Assembly (NCBI GenBank): GCA_029556475.1
Contig: JAKQEP010000029.1
Span: 1 to 63,988 of the forward strand
Reading direction: 5' to 3'
From: Candidatus Atribacteria bacterium
GTDB lineage: Bacteria > Atribacterota > Phoenicimicrobiia > Phoenicimicrobiales > Stramentimicrobiaceae
DNA length: 63,988 nucleotides
A program made the position numbers and the translations under genes. Of this stretch, positions 49,742 to 60,901 are shown one piece after another. The notes beneath the pieces were generated by a model that saw only the letters and a program-made list of their open reading frames with translations, ran no database searches and was not told the origin of the DNA. Every line of letters begins with the position of its first letter. Positions within the stretch are counted from its first letter, which is position 1.

Positions 49742-50659
49742 ATGAGTAGGTATATTATTGGTAGATTAATATCGATAATCCCTGTACTATTAATAGTATC
49801 TTTTCTGGTATTTTTGATGCTTCATCTTATTCCAGGAGATCCCGTTAAAAATATGCTAGGATTACATGCACCTCCTGAAGCAGTGGAAGAAATGACCAAA
49901 AGGCTAGGATTAGATAAGCCATTGCATATCCAATATCTTGATTTTTTAAAAAAAGCTATTAAGGGGGATTTCGGAACTTCTATTCGGACTAAACAACCAG
50001 TTATAAAAGAGATAAAAGATAGGTATCCTTATACGATTAAATTAGCCATTGGTGGTACTTTTTTTGCGACTATAGTAGGGGTAATCTTGGGGATTATTTC
50101 AGCGGTTAATCAGAACAAATTATGGGATAATATATTAATGGTGTTATCCTTATTATCCGTTTCAACACCTTCATTTTTTCTGGCATTGCTAGCCATTTTA
50201 GTTTTCTCACTTTATTTAGGATTTTTCCCCAGTATTGGAATCCAATCAACAAAACACTATATACTACCCATTTTGACTTTAGGTGCCCAATCAGTAGGAA
50301 TAATGGCCAGAATGACCAGATCAGCTATGTTAGATGTTTTAAACCAGGATTATATCCGCACTTCTCGGGCTAAAGGGATGTCAGAAAAATTAATAATATA
50401 TTCTCATGCTTTAAAAAATGCCCTTATCCCTGTATTGACTGTAATAGGCTTGAGATTTGGTGGTTTATTAGCAGGGTCAGCCTTAATCGAGAGTGTTTTT
50501 GGAATACGAGGGATAGGCCGTTTTATGGTAGATGGAGTTTTAACAAGAGATTATCCAGTGGTACAGGCAACAGTTTTACTTATTGCCACAACATTCATTA
50601 TTATTAATTTGATTGTAGATCTTTTGTACAAAATAGTTGATCCAAGAATAAAATATTAA
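49742..50659 (+). CDS. ABC peptide permease, DppB/OppB-like
   Basis: MSRYIIGRL N-terminus and an EAA-loop region (YIRTSRAKG). The ORF-track start is GTG 49733. Confidence 0.85.
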   Translation: MSRYIIGRLISIIPVLLIVSFLVFLMLHLIPGDPVKNMLGLHAPPEAVEEMTKRLGLDKPLHIQYLDFLKKAIKGDFGTSIRTKQPVIKEIKDRYPYTIKLAIGGTFFATIVGVILGIISAVNQNKLWDNILMVLSLLSVSTPSFFLALLAILVFSLYLGFFPSIGIQSTKHYILPILTLGAQSVGIMARMTRSAMLDVLNQDYIRTSRAKGMSEKLIIYSHALKNALIPVLTVIGLRFGGLLAGSALIESVFGIRGIGRFMVDGVLTRDYPVVQATVLLIATTFIIINLIVDLLYKIVDPRIKY

Positions 50660-50671
50660 CAAAGGTTTAGT

Positions 50672-51514
50672 ATGCTTATAAAATCAAAAGTATTAAAAAG
50701 ATTTTTAAAACGAAAATCTTCTTTAGTTGGCGGAATTATAATTATTATTTTTATATTGGTAGCTATTTTTGGACCTTATTTAACAAGCCGAAATCCTTTA
50801 GATATTGACTTGCGTAATACTTATCAAAAACCAAATCGTGATAATTGGTTAGGTACAGACAATCTTGGTAGAGATACTTTAACCAGATTAATTTATGGTG
50901 CCAGAATCACTTTAATAATAAGTTTTACAAGTGTATTTTTGGGGACCTTAGTTGGATTGATCCTGGGAGTAATTGCCGGTTATTATGGCGGATTAATTGA
51001 TAACATATTGATGAGAACAACAGATATTTTGTTAGCCTTTCCTGGATTATTGCTAGCCATTGCAATTGTGGCAATTCTTGGAAGTGGTATTATGAATACT
51101 ATGCTGGCAATAGCATTTTATTCAATCCCGTATATTGCCAGAATAGTTAGAGGAGTTGTTATCTCTATTAAAGGATTAGAATATATTCAAGCCTGTGAAG
51201 TCATTGGTTGTTCAAATTTCATTACCATTATTAACCATATTATTCCAAATTCAATGTCACAGGTTATTGTAAATACCACCTTAAATTTAGGAACAGCTAT
51301 ATTAACTTCTTCTGCCCTATCATTTCTTGGCCTTGGTGTTCAACCTCCTCATCCTGAATGGGGAGCTATGTTATCCACTGCTCGGGATGTGATGCGGACA
51401 ACCCCCATAGCAGCTTTAATTCCAGGGGTCGCAATAACTTTAGTAGTTTTAAGTTTTAGTCTGGTAGGAGATGGACTTAGAGACGCTCTAGATCCAAGAC
51501 TAAAAAATAACTAA
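50672..51514 (+). CDS. ABC peptide permease, DppC/OppC-like
   Basis: Blocks WLGTDNLGRD and YIQACEVIG. Confidence 0.85.
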   Translation: MLIKSKVLKRFLKRKSSLVGGIIIIIFILVAIFGPYLTSRNPLDIDLRNTYQKPNRDNWLGTDNLGRDTLTRLIYGARITLIISFTSVFLGTLVGLILGVIAGYYGGLIDNILMRTTDILLAFPGLLLAIAIVAILGSGIMNTMLAIAFYSIPYIARIVRGVVISIKGLEYIQACEVIGCSNFITIINHIIPNSMSQVIVNTTLNLGTAILTSSALSFLGLGVQPPHPEWGAMLSTARDVMRTTPIAALIPGVAITLVVLSFSLVGDGLRDALDPRLKNN

Positions 51515-51543
51515 AATAGCTTAAGGAAAATTAGAACTATTCA

Positions 51544-52533
51544 ATGACAGATACAATACTAAAAGTAAGGGATTTAAAAACATTTTTCCAGGTAGAGGAA
51601 GGCTTAGTCGTTGCAGTAGATGGGGTTGATTTTGATCTTTCTGTGAAAGAAACTCTAGCTATAGTAGGTGAATCAGGATCAGGGAAGAGCGTAACAGCTT
51701 TATCAATTTTAAGGCTTATACAAGAACCACCTGGGAAAATATCCTCAGGTGAAATATTATATCAAGGCAAAGATCTTTTAAAATTAACAAATAATGCCAT
51801 GAGGAGAATTAGAGGGAATGAAATATCTATGATATTTCAAGAACCAATGTCTTCATTGAATCCTGTCTTTACTGTAGGTAGACAAATTAGTGAAGTAATG
51901 ATTGTTCATGAGAAAATTAGTAAAAAAGAAGCTGAAGCAAGAGCAATAGAATTAATTAAACTGGTTGGAATTCCCAATCCGGAAAAGTGTATGAAAAATT
52001 ATCCTCATCAGCTTTCTGGAGGAATGAGACAAAGAATTATGATTGCTATTGCACTTGCCTGCAAACCCAAAATATTGATTGCCGATGAACCTACCACTGC
52101 TTTAGATGTGACAATACAGTCACAAATATTGAAATTAATGTTAGATTTAAAAAATAAGCTTGATACTGCTATCATCATAATTACCCATGACTTAGGAGTA
52201 GTAGCACAGCTAGCTGAGAATATTATGATTATGTATGCGGGTAGAGCGGTTGAATTTGGTGATGCTCGGTCAATTTTTAAAATCCCCTTACACCCCTATA
52301 CTGAAGGATTGCTTAATTCTATTCCCAAAATAGATGAAAATCTAAAAAGATTAAAAATTATTGAGGGGACAGTTCCTAGCCCTTTTGATTTGCCTAAAGG
52401 GTGCAAATTCTCCACCCGATGTAAATATATTATGAAGGTATGTCGGGAAAAAGAGCCGGAGTACCAATCTTTAAAAGATAATAGAAAAGTTAGATGCTGG
52501 AAATATTCTGGAGCCGAAGAAAATGTTGGATAA
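51544..52533 (+). CDS. ABC peptide ATPase, DppD/OppD-like
   Basis: Walker A GESGSGKS and signature LSGGMRQR, with a C-terminal Cys-containing oligopeptide-ATPase extension. Confidence 0.9.
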   Translation: MTDTILKVRDLKTFFQVEEGLVVAVDGVDFDLSVKETLAIVGESGSGKSVTALSILRLIQEPPGKISSGEILYQGKDLLKLTNNAMRRIRGNEISMIFQEPMSSLNPVFTVGRQISEVMIVHEKISKKEAEARAIELIKLVGIPNPEKCMKNYPHQLSGGMRQRIMIAIALACKPKILIADEPTTALDVTIQSQILKLMLDLKNKLDTAIIIITHDLGVVAQLAENIMIMYAGRAVEFGDARSIFKIPLHPYTEGLLNSIPKIDENLKRLKIIEGTVPSPFDLPKGCKFSTRCKYIMKVCREKEPEYQSLKDNRKVRCWKYSGAEENVG

Positions 52534-53500
52534 AAAAAGGGAATTATTAGTCGTAGATAATTTAAAAATGCATTTTGTAGTTAGAGGAGAAGGATTCTTA
52601 TCGGAAAGAAAATACCTTAGAGCTGTTGATGGGATAAGTTTTACTATTTATGAGGGGGAAGTATTGGGTTTGGTTGGTGAATCAGGTTGTGGGAAAACAA
52701 CTACTGGTAAATTAATAGTAAGATTATTAGAACCTACTGAAGGAAAAATATTTTATAAAGGTACAGATATATTAAGTTTAACCAGGAAACAGTTTAGAAA
52801 ATATAGAAGAGAAATTCAGATGATTTTTCAAGACCCTTATTCTTCTTTAGATCCCAGACAAACTATAGGAAAGACTATAGGAGAACCATTAAAAGTAAAT
52901 AAAGTAAAAGGGGATATAGATAAAAAAGTAAAGACATTGATGAAAGAAGTTGGTTTACTAGAGGAGTTTTACAACAGATATCCCCATGAATTTAGCGGGG
53001 GACAACGTCAAAGGATAGGAGTTGCTCGGGCTTTAGCCCTTGATCCTACACTTATTGTATGTGATGAACCAGTTTCAGCACTGGATGTTTCTATTCAGGC
53101 TCAAATTATTAATCTTATGCAGGATTTACAAGAAAAATTTCAATTAACTTATTTGTTTATTTCTCACGATATGAGTGTTGTTAAACATATGTGTGACAGG
53201 GTTGCTGTTATGTATTTAGGAAAATTGGTAGAATTGGCTGAAAAAGATAAACTATTTGAAACCCCTAAACACCCTTATACCAAGGTATTGTTAAAATCAA
53301 TTCCTGTTCCTGACCCAGATAAGAAGAAGGAACAGGAAGCTGCGATGGGAGATGTTCCCAGCTCAATTGATTTGCCTCCAGGGTGTAGATTCCAATCTAG
53401 GTGCAAGGAATGCAAGGATGTATGCAAATTTGTTGAACCAGAATTGTTAGAAATTGAACCAGGACATTTTGTGAGATGTTATTTATATAACAGTAAATAA
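52523..53500 (+). CDS. ABC peptide ATPase, DppF/OppF-like
   Basis: Walker A GESGCGKTT and signature FSGGQRQR, with the C-terminal CRFQSRC motif. Confidence 0.9.
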   Translation: MLDKKRELLVVDNLKMHFVVRGEGFLSERKYLRAVDGISFTIYEGEVLGLVGESGCGKTTTGKLIVRLLEPTEGKIFYKGTDILSLTRKQFRKYRREIQMIFQDPYSSLDPRQTIGKTIGEPLKVNKVKGDIDKKVKTLMKEVGLLEEFYNRYPHEFSGGQRQRIGVARALALDPTLIVCDEPVSALDVSIQAQIINLMQDLQEKFQLTYLFISHDMSVVKHMCDRVAVMYLGKLVELAEKDKLFETPKHPYTKVLLKSIPVPDPDKKKEQEAAMGDVPSSIDLPPGCRFQSRCKECKDVCKFVEPELLEIEPGHFVRCYLYNSK

Positions 53501-53709
53501 TCTATAAAAATATTACAACTATTATTTCCTAACCCGGAAGGCATGAATAGCAAATTTATTAAAAAAATTTTTTTTCAATAAATTTTAGATTGATTATATT
53601 GTTATACAGTATAAACTACGTATATATTCATAATTGAATTTCGTGCAGCCTGAAATAAAAAACGCATACATAAAGTTTTATATATTAAAACAAATAAGAA
53701 AGATAATCT

Positions 53710-54801
53710 ATGAATGAAATAATTTTTACGGTGAATCCTGGTTCCACTACTACCAAATGTGCTCTATTCAATCTAACTGAACAAAGGGTTACGAAAGTGA
53801 TTGAAGAGCAAATTGAACATCCCGAAAAAGAAATAGCTCAATTTCCTGCAATTTCTGATCAAATTAATTACCGGGAAACTATTGCCTACAATTTTATTGA
53901 TAAATATTTACCTGAGAATGCAAATATTATTGCCTGTGCCGGGCGGGGAGGAATGTTAACTCCGGTGCCCAGTGGAGCCATAAAAATTAATGAAGAACTG
54001 GTTAAATTTTCTTTATATACACCAGTCTACCAGCATGCTTCCAATTTAGGTGCTCCCTTAGCCTTTCGAATTGCTCAACGCTATGGAATTCCTGCCTTTA
54101 TAGTAGACCCGGTCAGTGTTGACGAATTTTCTGCTGTGGCCCGGATTTCCGGACATCCTGATTTTCCCAGGTTTAGTTTTGTTCATGCCTTGAATATAAG
54201 AGCAACGGTACGAAAGTTTGCTGAACAAATTGGCAAAGATTTCAGTGATACTTGTTGTGTTGCTGCCCATCTGGGGGGAGGTTTCTCTATTGCTGCTATA
54301 GATCACGGTAAGATTGTAGACAATGACAATAGGATGGAGTCAGCCCCCTTTACACCGGAGAGAGCTGGAGGAATCCCACCTATTCCTTTGATTGAAGCCT
54401 GTTTTTCTGGAAGATATAAAAAAGAAGAATTAGTGCGTAAATTATATGGTGAGGGAGGGGTTTACGCCTATCTGGGAAGTAAGAATATGGTTGAATTAGA
54501 AAAAAGGGCTGAAAAAGGGGATAAAGAAGTAAGAAGAATATATTATGCTATGGCTTACCAGATTGCCAAGGAGATAGCAGCCATGGCTTCTGTTTTAAAT
54601 TTTGAAATTGATGGTATTATTATTACCGGTGGTCTGGCTCACGATCAATTTCTAATTAAGGAATTGAAAAAGAAGATAAAAAAATTGGGAGATATTTATT
54701 TATATCCCGGTAGCAATGAGAATGAAGCCCTGGCAGAAACAGTTGCCAGAGTATTAGCTGGTAAGGAAAGTTATATAGATTGGCCAGTCAGGGTTAGCTA
54801 G
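53710..54801 (+). CDS. buk: Butyrate (branched-chain fatty acid) kinase
   Basis: ASKHA-fold N-terminus IFTVNPGSTTTK and length typical of butyrate kinase. Confidence 0.85.
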   Translation: MNEIIFTVNPGSTTTKCALFNLTEQRVTKVIEEQIEHPEKEIAQFPAISDQINYRETIAYNFIDKYLPENANIIACAGRGGMLTPVPSGAIKINEELVKFSLYTPVYQHASNLGAPLAFRIAQRYGIPAFIVDPVSVDEFSAVARISGHPDFPRFSFVHALNIRATVRKFAEQIGKDFSDTCCVAAHLGGGFSIAAIDHGKIVDNDNRMESAPFTPERAGGIPPIPLIEACFSGRYKKEELVRKLYGEGGVYAYLGSKNMVELEKRAEKGDKEVRRIYYAMAYQIAKEIAAMASVLNFEIDGIIITGGLAHDQFLIKELKKKIKKLGDIYLYPGSNENEALAETVARVLAGKESYIDWPVRVS

Positions 54802-54817
54802 TTAGAAAGGTAAGATA

Positions 54818-55744
54818 ATGATAAAAAATTATTTTGAATTAGAAAAAGCTGCGCAGAGATTGCAACCGGTAAGAATGGTTGTGGTTTCTGCCGAAGATGA
54901 ACAGGTTTTAAAAGGAGTAAAATTAGCTTTAGACAAGGGGATTATCTGTGAACCGATACTGGTGGGTAATGGGCAACAAATTGAAAAGATACTCGTAAAT
55001 TTAAAAGAAGATAGTAAAAATTACAGAATTGAAAATATGTCAAACCATTTTGAAGCAGCTCAAAAAGCAATAAAATTGATCAAGGATGGTCAGGCTCGAA
55101 TCCTGGCCAAGGGTAAAATAAAGACCGATGATTTTCTAAAGGCAATTTTAAATAAAGAAAACGGTATTAAAAAATCCCCGCTACTATCCAATCTCACCCT
55201 CTTTGAGATGAGCTCATACCATAAGTTCATCGGAATTACTGATATAGCAATAATTCCTTTTCCCGGATTAAAAGAGAAGATAGAGATTATTAAAAATACC
55301 TATCCCCTATGGCAAGCCCTGGGAATAAGTCAACCCAAAGTAGCTGTTTTAGCAGCAGTTGAGGTGGTTAATCCTGTTATGCAGGCCACTGTTGATGCGG
55401 CCTGTCTGGCAAAAATGTCTAATCGCAATCAGATAGAGCATTTTATAATAGATGGCCCTCTATCCTATGATACAGCAATGGACCCGGAATCCGCCGGAGG
55501 TAAAGGTATTAGCAATTCATTAGTTGCTGGTGATCCGGATATGCTCCTTGTCCCCAATTTAGAAACCGGAAATATTTTGGGAAAAAGTTTGAAAATCAAT
55601 AGTTATGCCAAATCTGCGGCAATTGTATTTGGGGCAGATGTTCCTGTAATGATTAATTCACGTTCAGATTCAGCAGAGAGAAGATATTATTCAACATTAT
55701 TAGCCAGAATAATTTTAGAAAATAAGACAAAGACAAAGGAGTGA
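54818..55744 (+). CDS. ptb: Phosphate butyryl/acyltransferase
   Basis: PTA_PTB-family blocks are present (VVSAEDE..., ETGNILGK, INSRSDS). Confidence 0.8.
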   Translation: MIKNYFELEKAAQRLQPVRMVVVSAEDEQVLKGVKLALDKGIICEPILVGNGQQIEKILVNLKEDSKNYRIENMSNHFEAAQKAIKLIKDGQARILAKGKIKTDDFLKAILNKENGIKKSPLLSNLTLFEMSSYHKFIGITDIAIIPFPGLKEKIEIIKNTYPLWQALGISQPKVAVLAAVEVVNPVMQATVDAACLAKMSNRNQIEHFIIDGPLSYDTAMDPESAGGKGISNSLVAGDPDMLLVPNLETGNILGKSLKINSYAKSAAIVFGADVPVMINSRSDSAERRYYSTLLARIILENKTKTKE

Positions 55745-55753
55745 AAGCAAGAA

Positions 55754-56899
55754 ATGATTTGTAATAAAAAAGGCCGCCATTTTATGCAGGGTAATATTGC
55801 AGTGGGAGAAGCAGCTATAATCTCTGGAGCAAGATTTTTTGCCGGTTATCCTATTACCCCTTCTTCTGAGATTGCAGAACATGCCTCTCTAAATCTGCCA
55901 ATAGCTGGAGGAACCTTTATTCAAATGGAGGATGAAATTGGCAGTCTGGCGGCGGTTATTGGTGCCAGTATGGCTGGAGTTAAAGCATATACTGCTACCA
56001 GTGGACCTGGCTTGTCATTGATGAATGAAAATATTGGGTTAGCCTGTATGGTGGAAGCCCCCTGTGTTATTGTTAGTGTTCAGAGGGCAGGTCCAAGTAC
56101 CGGTCTGGCAACTAAACCAGCCCAGGGAGATTTTTATCAGTTTCGTTATGGAACACATGGTGACCATATGATAATTGCCCTTTCCCCGGCTTCTGTCCAG
56201 GAATGTTTTGATTTGACTATCAAAGCTTTTAATTTTTCAGAACGTTTCCGCTGTCCCGTTTTTCTTGCCCTTGATGCGATTATTGCCAAAATGTACGAAA
56301 CAGTTGATATTCCAGGTTCAGATGAGATAGAGATCTTAAATAGAAAAATAGCGTCAACCTCTGATAAAGATTATCTTCCCTATAAACCTGATGAAAATGG
56401 AGTACCTCTTTTTGTTCCCTTTGGCAGTTCTTTGATTACCAGAGCTAACAGTTCCGGTCACGGGATAGATGGCTATCCCTGTGCTGATGATAAAAATCAT
56501 GATAGGCTGGTACGTCGTTTAATAGATAAGATTGATAGATATAAAGAAGAAATAGCTCTTTTTAAAGAATTTAACATCAGTGATGTGGAAATCCTTATTA
56601 TTTCTTATGGCTGCAGTACCCGTCCTGCTCTTGCTGCCATGAAAAAAGCCAGAAAAAAAGGTATAAAAGCAGGAGTTTTACAATTACAGACCTTGTGGCC
56701 CTTTCCGGAGGCAATAGTCAAATCAGCTGTTTCTCAGGCAAAACTTATTCTGGTACCAGAATTATCTCTGGGTCAATTAAAATCAGAAATAACCAAATAC
56801 TGTCCAAAAAAAACAGTCATTGGTATTAATAAGCTGGGAGGAACAACTATCCAACCAGATGATATACTGGCTTTTCTTTCCAAGGAGATAGAGTTATGA
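55754..56899 (+). CDS. 2-oxoacid:ferredoxin oxidoreductase alpha subunit
   Basis: Blocks GNIAVGEAAI, GYPITPSSEI and TSGPGLSLM. Confidence 0.85.
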   Translation: MICNKKGRHFMQGNIAVGEAAIISGARFFAGYPITPSSEIAEHASLNLPIAGGTFIQMEDEIGSLAAVIGASMAGVKAYTATSGPGLSLMNENIGLACMVEAPCVIVSVQRAGPSTGLATKPAQGDFYQFRYGTHGDHMIIALSPASVQECFDLTIKAFNFSERFRCPVFLALDAIIAKMYETVDIPGSDEIEILNRKIASTSDKDYLPYKPDENGVPLFVPFGSSLITRANSSGHGIDGYPCADDKNHDRLVRRLIDKIDRYKEEIALFKEFNISDVEILIISYGCSTRPALAAMKKARKKGIKAGVLQLQTLWPFPEAIVKSAVSQAKLILVPELSLGQLKSEITKYCPKKTVIGINKLGGTTIQPDDILAFLSKEIEL

Positions 56900-57708
56900 A
56901 ATACAGTGGTAAAAAATATGTCAAAGAAGAGTTGTTACCTTTTTTTTGGTGCTCAGGCTGTGGGAACGGTATTATCTTTGCTGCTCTGATTAGAGCCATG
57001 GAAGAGAATAATTTAGAAAAAAAAGATATAGTAGCCGTTACCGGAATTGGCTGTTGGGGGAAAGCTGACGATTATTTAAAGACACATGCCTTTCACGGAA
57101 CACATGGAAGAGCAATTGCGGTAGCAACAGGAATCAAATTGGCCAATCCCCTATTACATATATTTGCGTTGGTGGGAGATGGTGATGGTGCTACCATAGG
57201 AGGCAACCATTTAATACATGCAGCCCGTCGAAATATTGATATTATAACAATTATGTCTAATAATCTGAATTATGGCATGACCGGAGGACAGTATTCTGGA
57301 ACCACACCATTTGATTCAATCACCTCCACCTCCAGAAGGGGACATGCAGAAGATGCTTTTGATATATCCAACTTAGTTAAAAGTGCAGGTGCTGGGTATG
57401 TTGCCAGATGTACTATAGATAACCCGCGAATGATTCAGCGCTTTATCAGTAAAGCTATCAAAAAAGAGAGAGGGTTTCGTTTTATTGAAGTAATAAATAT
57501 CTGCCCAACCTATTTCGGAAGATATAACAAGTTTAATAATGCTGTTGAAATGATTAAAGACATAAAAGAACGAACAGTTAATATAAAAGATATTGAGAGA
57601 GAAGGCCAGGAAGATTTGGATGGAAAAATAGTGGTTGGTGAATATATTGATAAAAAAGTTGAAGGGTTTTTAGAACGTTATTGGGGAAAAATAAGAAATA
57701 ATGCATAA
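56896..57708 (+). CDS. 2-oxoacid:ferredoxin oxidoreductase beta (TPP/Fe-S) subunit
   Basis: Motifs WCSGCGNG, GIGC and GDGDG. It overlaps the alpha gene by 4 nt. Confidence 0.85.
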   Translation: MKYSGKKYVKEELLPFFWCSGCGNGIIFAALIRAMEENNLEKKDIVAVTGIGCWGKADDYLKTHAFHGTHGRAIAVATGIKLANPLLHIFALVGDGDGATIGGNHLIHAARRNIDIITIMSNNLNYGMTGGQYSGTTPFDSITSTSRRGHAEDAFDISNLVKSAGAGYVARCTIDNPRMIQRFISKAIKKERGFRFIEVINICPTYFGRYNKFNNAVEMIKDIKERTVNIKDIEREGQEDLDGKIVVGEYIDKKVEGFLERYWGKIRNNA

Positions 57709-57761
57709 GTTTATTTTTAACCCGAATAGTGAAGAACCTGTTAAGAATAAGGAGCACTATT

Positions 57762-58307
57762 ATGATATACCAAGAAAAAGATAGATTTGAAATAATTATT
57801 GGCGGAGTTGGTGGACAGGGAAATGTCTCCTGTGGTATTCTTATTGGAGAAGCAGCCAGTTGTTATGAAGATAAATTTGTTACCATGACCTATTCTTATG
57901 GTACTGAGGCTAGAGGTACCTTTGCCAGGACTGATGTGTTGGTTGGAAACCAATTTATTGATTTTTATGAATGTCAAAGACCCGATGTAATATTAATATT
58001 ACATGATAAGGCATATCCAAAAATAAAAGGAAAAATATTTAAAGATACCATAGTAGTTATTAATCAAAATGAAGTAAAAGATGTAGATATGGATCTGGGA
58101 AAACATTTTTCTTTACCCCTTTCTGATATAGCTATGAAAATAGGCTCTTTACAAGTTACTAACACCATTGCTTTGGCTTTTATTGTGAACGTCACAAAAT
58201 TCATAGACAAAACATCTCTGGTAAAGGCTGTACAAAGTGAGTATGCCAACGGTAAAATTGCCAGGTTAAACGAAAAAGCCTTGGAATATGGTTTTAATCT
58301 GCATTAA
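57762..58307 (+). CDS. 2-oxoacid:ferredoxin oxidoreductase gamma subunit
   Basis: GGVGGQG block. The start is set at ATG 57762, behind AAGGAG. The ORF-track start is GTG 57729. Confidence 0.8.
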   Translation: MIYQEKDRFEIIIGGVGGQGNVSCGILIGEAASCYEDKFVTMTYSYGTEARGTFARTDVLVGNQFIDFYECQRPDVILILHDKAYPKIKGKIFKDTIVVINQNEVKDVDMDLGKHFSLPLSDIAMKIGSLQVTNTIALAFIVNVTKFIDKTSLVKAVQSEYANGKIARLNEKALEYGFNLH

Positions 58308-58663
58308 ATATATTAGAAAATGAAATTTTATTTTTCTGTTGAGATAAAAATGTGAACTTTTTTAAAACCTGCTCTGCGTAACTAGTTTCTCTTTATTAAG
58401 GCAATTGGTAAATAAAGAATATATTTCTAATATGTTCAATTTTTTAGAAAAAATGTTTATAGATTTGCCTGAAGGGAAAAATTATGCCAGATATCTCTCA
58501 CACATATATCTTACTTTTTTCATCATAATACCCAATAATTATTACTCATATCACTTGATCTTGTAAATAAGATTATAAGGAGGTGTTAAGAAAAGAAGAA
58601 GAAAAAGATTAACTCTTATTTATTTTAAAAATATATTTTAAACAGTTAAGGAGGAGAATATAA

Positions 58664-59923
58664 GTGAATTTTATAAAAAAAATCTCAATTATCATTTTAA
58701 CAACTCTTTTAGTATTTACTTTGGTAAACGGTGCCGCCTTTGCCCAGGAAAAGATAATTAAAATTGGGACACTCTTTCCATTGACCGGTTCCTGTGCTTT
58801 AGCGGGAAGCCGGTGTAAAGCTGCTGTAGAAACTGCAGTAGAGGTGATTAATAATTCACATCCGGAATGTGATGTTCCTCTGGCAGCCCAGGAAGGGCTT
58901 CTTGGTGGATACAAAATTGTTTTAGTACATGCTGATCATCAGGGAAAGCCTGATATTGCAAAAGCTGAGGCTGAAAGGTTGTTTGACCAGGAGGGTGTAT
59001 ATACTATTGTTGGTTGTTACAATAGTGCCTGTACCAATCCTGCCAGCATGGTAGCAGAGAGACAGGAGAAAATATTTATGTGCGGTTGCTCCAGTTCAGC
59101 TGCTTTAACAGAACGTGGTTTACAATATTTCTTTAGAATGGCACCAACTGACAAGACTGAATCCATCGAATTCTGTGATGTTATTGAATGGATGAATGGA
59201 ACCAAAGGAGCTAATTTAAAGACCATTGGTATCATCTATGAGAATACTGAATTTGGCAAACATGCCGCTGATGAAGGTAAATTAGCTGCAGCCGAAGCTG
59301 GATTTGAAGTAGTGGTAGATGTACCCTTCAGCCCCGGTGCTACCAATATGAATAGTGAAGTTCAAACTCTGAAAGCGAAGAATCCGGATGTAGTATTCGG
59401 TGCCTGCCTGGGTGGAGACTACACTCTCTGGGTAAGAACGATGAAACAAATGGACTGGCTCCCCAAAATGTGCTTGAACTATTGTACCGGATATCAGGAC
59501 CCGGTTATTACTGAACAACTTGGTGATGATGCCAATTACTTTATGGGCGGAACAGGTTATGCCCCGGAATTTGCCGAGCTGATGCCTGCAGTTGCTGCAG
59601 TAGAAAAGATTTATCAGGAGAAGATTGGTGTTCCCTTTGATAGTGATTCAATTCAAGAGGCAGTAGCTACCTTTATTTTGGCTCAGGCAATTGAGAAGGC
59701 TGGTACCCTTAATTATGATACTGTTCGTGATACCCTGTATGCCAATGAATGGAATTCTCCTCTGTCTATGGGTGGCAAAGTGGCTTTTGTTTCCGGTGGA
59801 CAGAATGCTAAGGCCATGAGTATGATAACTCAGCTGCAAGGCGGAGAATACAAACGGGTATTCCCTACTGAGCTATCTACTGATGAGGTTATATTCCCCA
59901 TGATTCCTTGGAGTAAACGGTAA
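58664..59923 (+). CDS. ABC branched-chain amino-acid-type substrate-binding protein
   Basis: GTG start behind AAGGAGGA. The signal peptide ends AAFAQE with no lipobox Cys. The fold resembles Peripla_BP_6. Confidence 0.85.
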   Translation: MNFIKKISIIILTTLLVFTLVNGAAFAQEKIIKIGTLFPLTGSCALAGSRCKAAVETAVEVINNSHPECDVPLAAQEGLLGGYKIVLVHADHQGKPDIAKAEAERLFDQEGVYTIVGCYNSACTNPASMVAERQEKIFMCGCSSSAALTERGLQYFFRMAPTDKTESIEFCDVIEWMNGTKGANLKTIGIIYENTEFGKHAADEGKLAAAEAGFEVVVDVPFSPGATNMNSEVQTLKAKNPDVVFGACLGGDYTLWVRTMKQMDWLPKMCLNYCTGYQDPVITEQLGDDANYFMGGTGYAPEFAELMPAVAAVEKIYQEKIGVPFDSDSIQEAVATFILAQAIEKAGTLNYDTVRDTLYANEWNSPLSMGGKVAFVSGGQNAKAMSMITQLQGGEYKRVFPTELSTDEVIFPMIPWSKR

Positions 59924-59974
59924 CATAGCAATAGACAGGAAATTTAATAAAAAACATATGAAATAACCTAATTG

Positions 59975-60010
59975 TCATGGTAGTAAGTATTTTTATACTT
60001 ACTACCATGA
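59975..60010 (+). promoter_or_regulatory. Perfect 16-bp stem-loop between the SBP and permease genes
   Basis: TCATGGTAGTAAGTAT-TTTT-ATACTTACTACCATGA. No U-run follows it. Confidence 0.5.
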
Positions 60011-60037
60011 TGTGATTAGTTAAGAAGGGAATATACT

Positions 60038-60898
60038 ATGACTATGTTTTTTCAAGTAGCTATTGATGGATTATTGACTGGAATGGTTTATGCTCTGGTT
60101 GCCTCCGGGTTGAGTTTAATCTGGGGGGTAATGGATGTACTCAATTTTGCTCATGGAGAGTTTCTGATGCTGGGGATGTATGTTAGCTATTGGCTGGGAT
60201 TTTTAATAAATTTTGATCCCCTTATCTCCTGGATAGCCTCAGGGGTATTCTGTTTTCTTCTGGGCATTTTAACCTACAAATTAATTATTCATCACTGTCT
60301 TTTAGGTCCTCCCTTATCTGCACTACTGGCAACCTTTGGGTTATCAATGATATTAAAAAATTTTGCTTTAAACAGATTTTCTCCCAATTATCGTTTATTA
60401 ACCGGTACTCTTCTTGATGGTAAAAGAACCCTGATAGGCAATATAGTTTTACCAATGCCTCAATTGATAACCAGCATTTTTGCTTTAGTGGTAGTCTTTA
60501 TTATCTATTATGTAATTAAGCGTACCCGGCTGGGTTGGGCTATTCAGGCTACTGCAATGGACAAAGAGGCTGCTGAGTTAATGGGTATAAATACAGAAAG
60601 AATCTTTTTGTTGGTCTTTGGTTTGGGTGGGCTTTGTGTAGGCGTTGCTGGTGGATTGTTGCCATCCTATCTGGCCGTTCATCCTGAAGTAGGCGGTTTG
60701 TTTGGATTAATTGCTTTTGTCTGCGTAGCAATGGGGGGATTTGGAAGCATACCAGGTGCTTTACTGGCTGCTCTTTTGATAGGTTTGGTAGAAGCATTAG
60801 GGGGATTTTATATTGCACCGGTATTTAAATATGTAGTAGTTTTTGGACTATATCTCCTGGTAGTGATGTTAAAACCAAAAGGATTATTTGGGTGGTAG
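60038..60898 (+). CDS. livH: Branched-chain amino-acid ABC permease LivH-like
   Basis: NFAHGEF block in a polytopic membrane protein. Confidence 0.85.
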   Translation: MTMFFQVAIDGLLTGMVYALVASGLSLIWGVMDVLNFAHGEFLMLGMYVSYWLGFLINFDPLISWIASGVFCFLLGILTYKLIIHHCLLGPPLSALLATFGLSMILKNFALNRFSPNYRLLTGTLLDGKRTLIGNIVLPMPQLITSIFALVVVFIIYYVIKRTRLGWAIQATAMDKEAAELMGINTERIFLLVFGLGGLCVGVAGGLLPSYLAVHPEVGGLFGLIAFVCVAMGGFGSIPGALLAALLIGLVEALGGFYIAPVFKYVVVFGLYLLVVMLKPKGLFGW

Positions 60899-60901
60899 AA
60901 A